64,000 nt of DNA from Mobula hypostoma (Eukaryota). The notes beneath the pieces are model-generated. The model had not been told where the DNA came from. It saw nothing but the letters and a program-made list of their open reading frames with translations, and ran no database searches. The position numbers and the translations under genes were made by a program. The stretch is taken from assembly GCF_963921235.1 (NCBI RefSeq), contig NC_086118.1, forward strand, positions 22,074,001 to 22,138,000. The letters are read 5' to 3'. This document shows positions 23,553 to 33,615 of the stretch, piece after piece; within the stretch, counting starts at the first letter, position 1; every line of letters starts with the position of its first letter.

Positions 23553-24341
23553 CTTTTTTTGGCAGAAAAAATAAACGGGCAGACTATTATTTAAATGGGG
23601 AAAGAATTCAAAGTTCTGAGATGCAACGGGACTTAGGAGTCCTCGTACAGGACACCCTTAAAGTTAACCTCCAGTAGTGAAGAAGGCGAATGCAATGTTG
23701 GCATTCATTTCTAGAGGAATAGAGTATAGGAACAGGGATGTGATGTTGTGGCTCTATAAGGCGCTGGTGAGACCTCACTTGGAGTACTGTGGGCAGTTTT
23801 GGTCTCCTTATTTAAGAAAGGATGTGCTGACGTTGGAGAGGATACAGAGAAGAATCACTAGAATGATTCTGGGAATGAGAGGGTTAACATATGAGGAACA
23901 TTTGTCCGCTCTTGGACTGTATTCCTTGGAGTTTAGAAGAATGAGGGGGACCTCATAGAAACATTTCGAATGTTGAAAGGCATGGACAGAGTGAATGTGG
24001 CAAAGTTGTTTCCAATGATGGGGGAGTCTAGTACGAGCGGGCATGACTTAAGGATTGAAGGGCGCCCATTCAGAACAAAAATGCAAAGAAATTTTTTTAG
24101 TCAGAGGGTGGTGAATCTATGGAATTTGTTGCCACGGGCAGCAGTGGAGGCCAAGTCATTTGGGTGTATTTAAGGCAGAGATTGCTATGTACCTGAGTAG
24201 CCAGGGCATCAAAGGTTATGGTGAGAAGGCGGGGGAGTGGGACTAAATGGGAGAATGGATCAGCTCATGATAAAATGGTGGAGCAGACTCGATGGGCCGA
24301 ATGGCCGACTTCTGCTCCTTTGTCTTATGGTCTTATGGTCT
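23553..24341 (+). mobile_element. 5'-truncated CR1 LINE inserted in the PLE RT
   Basis: ORFs LYKALVRPHLEYCGQFWSP and RNFFSQRVVNLWN; CR1 3' hairpin gatgggccgaatggccgacttctgctcc and (TCTTATGG)n tail. Confidence 0.92.
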
Positions 24342-25317
24342 CAGGCCCCAAATGCTTCTTCAGATACGTTGATGACACATTCACATTGTGGCCTCATGGA
24401 CTCTAGGCACTTCAACAGTTCCATGACCATCTGAACAGTATACATCCAAACATTCACTTTAGGATGGAGATGGCGAGAATGGTTGCCTCCATTCCTGGAC
24501 ATATTAATCCAATGGAAATCAGATAGTAGCCTCAGACATGATGTCTATCGGAAATGAATTCACGCGGTCTTGCACCTCACCAATAATAGCCACCATCACG
24601 CCTCCCAAAGTAGAGTGGTTCTGTCTACTTTGATTAATCTTGCAAAAACTATTTTGGATCCGGAGCATTTCACTGAAGAAGTAAGATGATTTTGTACAAC
24701 GTTCCTACAGAATAGCTGCAGGGAGAAGGAAATCGAATGCACTCTTAAAAGGGCTGACAAAAGACCAGGAAACGTAACAATGAGGAGGGACCTCTCACTA
24801 CTGCTTGTCTTCCCTATAGTTCCATGGTTTCTGGATGGATCATCAGGATCCCGAAGAAATACCGGACTAATACCATCCACAAGCCCGTAAGGAAGCTCAA
24901 GTCACAGCTTATGAGGGTCAAAGATGATCTGGGACTCAGGTCAGCTGCTGTTTACAGGAATCCCTGTGAATGTAGAGCAGCTTATATCAGCTAGACAGGA
25001 TGCACAGTGGAAACACACATCAAGGAGCACAGGAGGTGCATCAGTTTAGATTACCCGGAGAAATCGGCAGTAGCGGAACACTGTATTCACAATGGCCATA
25101 GGATTGACTTTGACGGCACAAAACTACTGTGCCGCGGTAATGGTGTTTGGGACCATCTGGTAAAGGAAGCCATTAAAATAAAGCTAGAGGAAAAGAGTTT
25201 TAACAAAGGTGAAGGTCTCACTCTAAGTAAGAACTGGAATTCAATTGTAAACAAGGTGTGAGATCGGAAATTTGATTGGATGAGGACGAACCAATCAGGA
25301 GAAATGGAATACAGGGG

Positions 25318-25420
25318 AATGCGCACAAAATGTCGGAGAAGCTCAAGCAGGCCAGGCGGCATCTATCGAAAGGAGTACAGCTGACGTTTTGGGATGAAAC
25401 CCTTCGGTAGGACTGGCCTC
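25318..25420 (-). mobile_element. ~100 bp Neptune-type PLE terminal fragment (hammerhead plus tail only)
   Basis: Homologous to 52820-52915. Flanked by a 15-bp direct repeat AATGGAATACAGGGG / AATGGACTACGGGGG (25303-25317 / 25421-25435). Confidence 0.7.
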
Positions 25421-25470
25421 AATGGACTACGGGGGTATAAGTACCACCGTACTAGACACGTCCAGGCATC

Positions 25471-25513
25471 ATCCCTGAAGAAGATGGCAGAGTTTGTCAT
25501 CGAAACGTCAGTT
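25471..25513 (+). ncRNA. Minimal type I hammerhead ribozyme (Poseidon right arm)
   Basis: atcc-CTGAAGA-a-[gatggcag agt ttgtcatc]-GAAA-CGTC: conserved core, 8-bp stem II, palindromic ACGT helix III and GUC cleavage triplet. Confidence 0.75.
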
Positions 25514-26006
25514 ATAATTGATACCTGTACCCAGTTGGAAGCCTGAGAAGAGTTTATTAGTCAGCTCCATCATGGACACTAGCCTCCATGGCATCCAGGA
25601 AATCTTCAAGGAACGATGCCTCAAAAAGGCAGCATCCATTATCAAGGACTCCCATCACCCAGGTTATGTCTCGTTCTCATTGCTGGCATCAGGAAGGAGG
25701 TACAGAACAGTCAAAGCACACAGTAAATGATTCAGGAACAGCCTCTTTCCCTTTGCCATCAGACTTCTGAATGGACATTGGACCTATGAACACTACCTCA
25801 CTATTTCTTTATTTCAATTTTTGCACTAGTTATTTAATTTAATTATTATATGTATACATACTGCAATTCATGGTATTTTTTTCTATTTTTATATATTGCA
25901 TTGTTCTGCTGTCGCAAAGTAAACAAATTTCACGACATATGCCGATGATGTTAAACCCGATTCTGATTTCTTTGAATAGTAAGATCCTTAATGTCCAGCA
26001 GAAATA

Positions 26007-26787
26007 CAGTTGTCCCTCCGTATCCGCCGGGGATTGGTTAGTATTTGCTTATAACTTACACACATCCTCCCGTATACTTTAAATCATCTCTAGATTACTT
26101 ATAATACCTAATACAATGTAAATGCCATGGAAATAGCTGTTATACTGTATTGTTTAGGGAATAATGACAAGAAAAAAAGTCTGTACATGTTCAGTACAGA
26201 CGCAACCATCGTAGCTCTTCTGGGAACGCTGATGCTGCCTCAGTGAAAATAGCGTTCAGCGTTTGTTTTGCAGCGAACCGTTATAGAGGCAGCGCGCATA
26301 TCATAGCTTTGAACTGTGTGAGATTTTCGCTACTATTGACAGTGCTGCGATGATTGCAGAAAAGTATGACCTTAATTTTGAAAGGGCACATAGGTTTAGG
26401 GCAGGTTTGCAGGATGTTTTGAGTGCTTACGAAGAACTGTATGATAGAAAAATGTGTGAACCTTCCAGTGTGCTCGCTGTCTTCCCGATTTGGTAAGTGA
26501 AACTACACTGTACTGTACATACATTATTTTTACTTTATATAGGCTGTGTATTTATCATATCATCCCTACTATATGTTAGTGTTATTTTAGGTTTCACGTG
26601 TTATTTGGTATGATTTGGTAGGTTATTTATTGGGTCTGGGAATGTTCAAAAATTTTTCCCATATAAATTAATGGTAATTGCTTCTTCGCTTTACGCTATT
26701 TCCGCTCTACTTTCAGATAGTGGGGGAAACCTGTACAGTATTTTCGATCCGCGGCTGGTTGAATCCAAGGATACGGAGGGCTGACTG
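26007..26787 (+). mobile_element. TcMar-Tigger non-autonomous element (MER2-like) containing part of a second Tigger element
   Basis: TA TSDs at 26005-6 and 26788-9. TIRs CAGTTGTCCCTCCGTATCC / GGATACGGAGGGCTGACTG. The internal ~26215-26733 encodes a Tigger-like C-terminus (AEKYDLNFERAHRFRAGLQDVLSAYEELY) and ends GATAGTGGGGGAAACCTG-TA. Confidence 0.85.
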
Positions 26788-27164
26788 TATACAGCAGGCA
26801 TTAGTTTAACGTTTCTTCTGCATACTGATACTGCAATTTTTCAGCTGAACTGAAATATCATTATAGATCAAATGCTCAAAGTCAGTGGTGTGGAATTCTT
26901 TACCTATGAAGACCTGTTAGAATACCTTTGAAATACTGCAAGTGAAGTGGGCAAACGAATTAGGTAGATACAAATATTGATTCCCTGATAAAATTGTTGA
27001 ACAAGTGCTGAAGCATGGTGTTCTAGGATTTGTAATGCAAAAAGGCAATGAAGCAGGACTTGTATTTAATAGATTGGTTGAAGTAAAGGGTGAAGTGATA
27101 GCTAATTTAAGAAGGACTGCATTTATTTAAGAAGGGACATGAAGCTAAGCCAGGGTACAGCAGG

Positions 27165-27570
27165 TCAGTGAGCTTTCCATCAATGGTATGGAACTTATTG
27201 GAGAAAATTCTAAGGGACACGATTAATGTACATTTGGAAAGACAGGGATTTATTAGAGATAGTCAGTGTGGCTTTGCACAGGGGAAATCTTGTCTCACAA
27301 ATTTGATTGAGTTTTTTGAGGAAGAACAAAGGAGATTCATGAACACAGGGCATAGATGTTATCAACAGGGCCTTAAGGCATTTGAAAAGATATTGCATGT
27401 TAGGTTGGTCCGGAAGGTTAAAGCACATGGGATTCAAGTCAAGCTGGCTAATTAGATCCACAATTGGTTAGTGATAGGAGGTAGAGAGTATTGGTGGAAG
27501 GGTGGTTTCCGATTGTATATCTATGACTAGAGGTGTGCCACAGGGATGGGTGTTGCAGCCTTTGCTGATG
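27165..27570 (+). mobile_element. CR1 RT fragment
   Basis: ORF 27168-27455 DSQCGFAQGKSCLTNLIEFFEE; GVPQG relic at ~27532. Confidence 0.85.
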
Positions 27571-28225
27571 AGGGTTTCGAGCTTTGGAGACAGTGTGGGG
27601 AGTTAGGGGTCAGGCATAGATAAGGGGGATTTACAAGTCAGGCCAGAAACCATGTCAACGCAATCTGTGGTTGAAGGCCACTGATTCCAATGAATGGATG
27701 TTGGGTGGGAATGACCTGTGGATGAAGACTAGCAATCCCTATGGTCAATGACCCAGATGAGTTGGCCCCGTGGCCAATGTTGCTCCAATGTTGGCAATTT
27801 TCCCCAGTTCGACAGGTCCCGGGATTGGAAGACTGTGTGAGTCTGATGTTCAAGGCCTGAAGTTTGGTGTCCCATGACTGGTGAATCCTGAGGTCAATAC
27901 TGTAGATCACGTCTGAAGGACGAGGATTGAAGTTGGCGAATCTGGAAGCTGAGACCTGATTGTTGTAGTTCTGGGCTGGCATGTCCAGAAATCAGAGACT
28001 GGATGTTAGCAAGTCTGCGAGTTCACTGGGGAATACAGAGGCCTGATGTAGGTAGTCTGTGAGGTCACTGGAGGCTGGAGGTGGCCGGTCCTGAGTTTGG
28101 GTGCTGGCTGTGTATCTGAGTGGGTGGGGGTGAGGAATGGACTTAATTTGCTGTAGCTGTTTGGTTTTGTTTCTTTCGTTGTGTTATCGTTGTCGGTGTT
28201 GCTCTGCTGAACATTGTGGCCATTG

Positions 28226-30535
28226 TGTTAATAAAGAACCTCGAATCCCAGTGGGCAGTGTGAAGGGCTCACCCAGCTACGATGGTGACCTGGTTGCAGA
28301 CACACAGGGGTGAGTGGTAGTTCAGTAATAAAATGGTCTAATATAAACCCACACCACTTTATTAAGAATAAATGCAACATGGTGTCAGAAGTCGGCGTGA
28401 GGCCTAAACACAGAGAATAAATGGATACCGTGCGTGGCTGAGAACGAGACCATGTGAATATGAAAGGTACTAGCAGCAAGTGAGGTTGGACATGAATTAT
28501 GAAGGGGAGAAGATGGCCAGCAAGGCGAGAGATCACGTTGTTTCTGAAGATCAGCAGCCTCTAGATCCGCCAAAAGAGATTCAGGTAAGAGGCCGGGAGT
28601 TCCCATCATGGATAAGCTAAGTTGTCCTGCACCTATGCAGCTTACTGACAATCTGACTGATAACAGGAGACACTTCAAGCAGCAATTCAATATGTACTTA
28701 GCTGCTAGTAGAGTTGGGGGGGACCAATGAAAAATTGAAAGCATCTATTTTTCTGCATGTAATTGGCAAAGATGCTATCTACAATAATTTTCAATTTGAT
28801 GAGACAGCTTTTACATTGTTCACTCTGATGACAAAATTTGAGGAGTATTTTGTCCCAAGTAAAAACATTATACTGGAGAGAAATAAGCTTTTTTTCCCCC
28901 TGTGACCAGAAACAAGGTAGTAGTTTTGAGCAATACTTAGGTGAACTTCACAGACTGAGTAAGTCCTGTGAATTTGGAGATTTGTGGAACACTCAAGTTA
29001 GAGGCAAAATAGTTTGCAGAATTTCAGATGATGGACTCAGAGAATGACTGCTGTGTGAAAAAGATTTGATGCTGGAAAAGGCTGTGAATATGTGTAGGGC
29101 AGCAGAGATCACACGAGCACAAGCTAAGGAGCTGCACAGGGCAGACACAACAGGGCATGCTGTGGAAAAAGAGGATCAGCGCAGAAGGCATTTCCCAAAG
29201 CACCAGCAAAGCAAAGAGGAAGACTCAAACAGCAAATGCAGCAAAGACGCTTATAGAAAGTCCTACAATAATTGTGGGGAGAAGAATCATTTTGCAATAT
29301 GCTACAAAGCTGGGGCTACCAAGAGAAAGGTGCACACAATTGATGAGGAAATGGAGGAATTTTTTGAAGATTCTCTACAGACTGCTGGTGCTGGTAAAAC
29401 AGAATGGGCCATTCCAGTGATTGAATGAGACCAGTAATTCCATTCAGGCTTGCCACTGAATGCCCAAGTGAATCCGTTACCCATGGATAATTACAAGACT
29501 CTCACAGTAAAGAGCAAGAGTTAGGAAGTGAAATTAAAAGTGACAAGCTATACCGGAGAGAATGTTCCAGTAAAAGGAGACTGCATAGTGACCTGCAAGC
29601 ACAAAGGGCAGCACCAAAAGTCACAACAACTGTTTGTAGAATATTGCAGCTAATATTAGGCATGTGAAAAGTTCAAACTGATGAAAAGATTTTTCATAGT
29701 GGCTTCACAGACCACACAACACTCATGGAAGAGTATGCAGATATCTTTGAGGGGCTTGGATGCTTATCTGATGTACACAAAATTCATATGGATGAAACAA
29801 TATAATAATTCAATGATACAATACAGAAAGGATGGCTGACGGCTAAGAATGACAGTCCAATGAACTGAACTGCCGGTACTGAAAGATATGGGAACAGAAA
29901 ACGAGAGAACAGATTTGTGATTCCAGTGTTGCTACACAAGGAAGTGCTCCAGAATATAGACAAAATGCATCTTGGTGAGGAAAAATGTAAACATAGATCT
30001 TATGAAATGAGGTACTGGCCAAGAATGAACCCAGACATGAGCCAGACCACTGCTTCATGTGAAATATGCTTCACCTACAGACCAAAGCAGCAAGTAAAGC
30101 CACTTACACCACACACTGTACCAGACAGACTGTATTTCAAAGTTGGAGTGGATTTGTTTGATTGTAATGGGAAGAGTCATATTGTTGTAACAGACTACGT
30201 TTCCAATTACCCAGAGGCTGCAACACTGCAATCAAAATCCAGCAGAGTGGTCTTTGCCTTCCTGAAAATTGTGTTTGCGAGACATGGAGTTCCATGTGAA
30301 TTAGTATCAGATAGCGGTCCACAATTTTCGTGCTGTAAATTTTAGTCCTTTGCCAGTCTTTGGGGGGTTTCAGCCTATAACTTGAAGTCTCCATCACCCA
30401 AAATCTAATGGCCTAGCAGAGAGTTCAGCCAAGGTAGTGAAAGGCCTCATGCTCAAGATGGAGAAGAGGATTTCCAGAAATGCCTGATGATTTACAGAAG
30501 TGCGCAGAATGGCCTTTCACCAGCCCAAATGCTGA
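28226..30535 (+). mobile_element. Degenerate Ty3/Gypsy LTR retrotransposon with RT/RNase H deleted
   Basis: Short putative LTR TG...AATAAA...CA (28226-28379); tRNA-Leu-type PBS TGGTGTCAGAAGT at 28380; gag from ~28608 (LEKAVNMCRAAE; NNCGEKNHFAIC knuckle); integrase 29917-30345 (HLGEEKCK..YWPRMN..CEIC; VGVDLF; FARHGVPCELVSDSGPQF). Confidence 0.9.
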
Positions 30536-31250
30536 TAAGACCATAAGAACATAAGACATAGGAGCAGAATTAGGTCATTCTGTCCATTGAGTCCATTGTG
30601 GCTGATCCCGGATCCCACTCAACCCCATACACTTGCCTTCTTGTCATTACCTTTGATGTCCTGACCGATCAGGAAACTATCAACTTCCACCTTAAGTATA
30701 CCCATAGACCTGCTCTCCACCGCAGTCTGTGGCAGAGCATTCCACAGATTCACTAGTCTCTGGTTAAAAAAATTCCTCCTTATTTCTGTTCTAAAAGATT
30801 GCCCCTCAATTTTGAGGCTGTGCCCTCTAGTTCTGGATACCCACACCATAGGAAACATCGTCTCCACATCCACCCTATCTAGTCCTTTCAGCATTCGGTA
30901 GGTTTCAATGAGATTCCCCCCCCCCCCCACCTACCCCCGCTTTCTTCTAAATTCTATTGAGTACAAGTCCAAAGCTGGCAAATGCTCCTCTTATGTTAAC
31001 TCCTCCATTCCTGGAATCATCCTCGTGAACCTCCTCTGGACTCTCTCCAATGACAACACATCCTTTCTGAGATATGGGGCCCAAAACTGTTGATGATATT
31101 CCAAGTCAGCCATTCTTCTACCATGCCAGTATCTTTCCTGTAATGCCACAGGATTTTATCTAGTTAAGCAGCCTCAACCTTATCAAGTGCCTGCTGAAAA
31201 TCCAAGTAAATGACATCCACTGCCTCTCCTTTGTCCACACTTCTTGTTAC
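30535..31250 (-). mobile_element. CR1 LINE 3' fragment
   Basis: ORF 30619-30930 LIETYRMLKGLDRVD...RRNFFNQRLVNLWN; (CATAAGAC)-type tail at 30535-30560. Confidence 0.88.
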
Positions 31251-31252
31251 TT

Positions 31253-32142
31253 AACCATATAACCATATAACAATGACAGCACAGAAACAGGCCATCTCGG
31301 CCCTTCTAGTCCGTGCTGAACGCTTACTCTCACCTAGTCCCATCTACCTGCACTCAGCCCATAACCCTCCATTCCTTTCCTGTCCATATACCTATCCAAT
31401 TTTTTTTTAATGACAAACTCGAACCTGTCTCTACCACTTCTACTGGAAGCTCGTTCCACACAGCTACCACTCTCTGAGTAAAGAAGCTACCCTTCATGTT
31501 ACCCCTAAACTTTTGCCCTTTAACTTTCAACTCATGTCTTCTTGTTTGAATCTCCCTCACTCTCAATGGAAAAAACCTATCCACGTCAACTCTATCTATC
31601 TCCCTCATAATTTTAAATACCTCTATCAAGTCCCCCCTCAACCTTCTACACTCCAAAGAATAAAGACCTAACTTGTTCAACCTTTCTCTGTAACTTAGGT
31701 GCTGAAACCCAGGTAACATTCTAGTAAATCTCCTCTGTATTCTCTCTATTTTGTTGACATCTTTCCTATAATTTGGTGACCAGAACTGCACACAATACTC
31801 CAAATTTGGCCTCACCAATGCCTTGTACAATTTCAACATTACATCCCAACTCCTATAAATGCTCCGATTTATAAAGGCCAGCATACCAAAAGCTTTCTTC
31901 ACCACCCTATCCACATGAGATTCCACCTTCAGGGAACTAGGCACCATTATTCCTAGATCCCTCTGCTCTACAGCATTCCTCAATGCCCTACCATTTACCA
32001 TGTATGTCCTTTTTGATTAGTCCTACCAAAATGTAGCACCTCACACTTATCAGCATTAAACTCCATCTGACATCTTTCAGCCCACTCTTCTAACTGGCCC
32101 AAATCTCTCTGCAAGCTTTGAAAACCTACTTCATTGTCCATA
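31253..32142 (-). mobile_element. CR1 LINE 3' fragment (ORF 31354-32001)
   Basis: EQRDLGI..LYKALVRPNLEYCVQFWSP..RRLRGDLIEVFK..FFTQRVV; (AACCATAT)n tail at 31253-31270. Confidence 0.92.
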
Positions 32143-33615
32143 ACATCAAGGTTGCTGGTGAATGCAGCAGGCCAGGCAGCATCTGTAGGAAGAGGTGCAG
32201 TCGATGTTTCAGGCCGAGACCCTTCGTCAGGACTAACTGAAGAGTGAGTAAGGGATTTGAAAGTTGGAGGGGGAGGGGGAGATCCAAAATGATAGGAGAA
32301 GACAGGAGGGGGAGGGATAGAGGCAAGAGCTGGACAGGTGATAGGCAAAAGGGGATACAAGAGGATCACAGGACAGGAGGTCCGGGAAGAAAGACAAGGG
32401 AGGGGGGACCCAGAGGATGGGCAAGAGGTACAGAGGGACAGAGGGAGAAAAAGGAGAGTGAGAGAAAGAATGTGTGCATAAAAATAAGTAACAGATGGGG
32501 TACGAGGGGGAGGTGGGGCCTTAGCGGAAGTTAGAGAAGTCGATGTTCATGCCATCAGGTTGGAGGCTACCCAGACGGAATATAAGGTGTTGTTCCTCCA
32601 ACCTGAGTGTGGCTTCATCTTTACAGTAGAGGAGGCCATGGATAGACATGTCAGAATGGGAATGGGATGTGGAATTAAAATGTGTGGCCACTGGGAGATC
32701 CTGCTTTCTCTGGCGGACAGAGCGTAGATGTTCAGCAAAGCGGTCTCCCAGTCTGCGTTGGGTCTCGCCAATATATAAAAGGCCACATCGGGAGCACCGG
32801 ACGCAGTATATCACCCCAGCCAACTCACAGGTGAAGTGTCGCCTCACCTGGAAGGGCTGTTTGGGGCCCTGAATGGTGGTAAGGGAGGAAGTGTAAGGGC
32901 ATGTGTAGCACTTGTTCCGCTTACACGGATAAGTGCCAGGAGGGAGATCAGTGGGGAGGGATGGGGGGGACGAATGGACAAGGGAGTTGTGTAGGGAGCG
33001 ATCCCTGTGGAATGTAGAGAGAGGGTGGAGGGAAAGATGTGCTTAGTGGTGGGATCCCGTTGGAGGAGGCGGAAGTTACAGAGAATAATATGTTGGACCC
33101 GGAGGCTGGTGGGGTGGTAGGTGAGGACCAGGGGAACCTTATTCCTAGTGGGGTGGCGGGAGGATGGAGTGAGAGCAGATGTAGGTGAAATGGGGGAGAT
33201 GCGTTTAAGAGCAGAGTTGATAGTGGAGGAAGGGAAGCCCCTTTCTTTAAAAAAGGAAGACATCTCCCTCGTCCTAGAATGAAAAGCCCCATCCTGAGAG
33301 CAGATGCGGCGGAGACGGAGGAATTGTGAGAAGGGGATGGCGTTTTTGCAAGAGACAGGGTGAGAAGAGGAATAGTCCAGATAGCTGTGAGAGTCAGTAG
33401 TCTTATAGTAGACATCAGTGGATAAGCTGTCTCCAGAGACAGAGGCAGAAAGATCTAGAAAGGGGAGGGAGGTGTCGGAAATGGACCAGGTAAACTTGAG
33501 GGCAGGGTGAAAGTTGGAGGCAAAGTTAATAAAGTCAACGAGTTCTGCATGCGTGCAGAAAGCAGCGCCAATGCAGTCGTCGATGTAGCGAGGGAAAAGT
33601 GGGGGACAGGTACCA
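32143..33615 (-). mobile_element. 5'-truncated Neptune-type Penelope-like element
   Basis: RT RYIDDCIG..HPALKFT..LPFLD (32844-33650); Cys linker PGTYPCKRNKCYTCP (~32897-32940); GIY-YIG GVIYCVRCSRCGLLYIGET...RFAEH...GMNIDF (32521-32847). Confidence 0.95.
32199..32234 (-). ncRNA. Minimal hammerhead ribozyme variant (Neptune)
   Basis: The minus strand reads agtc-CTGACGA-agggtctcggcct-GAAA-catc-gact, with an AUC triplet and the helix III palindrome mutated. Confidence 0.65.

Larger units (their letters stand above)
22348..25556. mobile_element. Poseidon/Penelope-type PLE as an inverted duplication: minus arm 22348-23390, plus arm 23391-25556
   Basis: RT motifs YYEQMDGVAMGLSLSPDIANFYMENFE and FFRYVDDTF; thumb HPNSQFTMEME..LFLD; decayed GIY-YIG VYR.PCEC..AYI plus HIKEHRRCI...SAVAEH. 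13-bp TSD TTAGTCAGCT(T/C)CA at 22335-22347 / 25557-25569. Confidence 0.9.
21835..25950 (+). mobile_element. Rex1/Babar LINE fragment (21835-22347 and 25557-25950) interrupted by a PLE
   Basis: ORFs YKFTADKTIVGRIS...FKFLGVNI (21842-22114) and LYFIRSLR...YSCTVESIL (22101-) resume at RCLKKAASIIKDSHHPG (~25615). GATTCT tail at ~25940. Confidence 0.85.
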
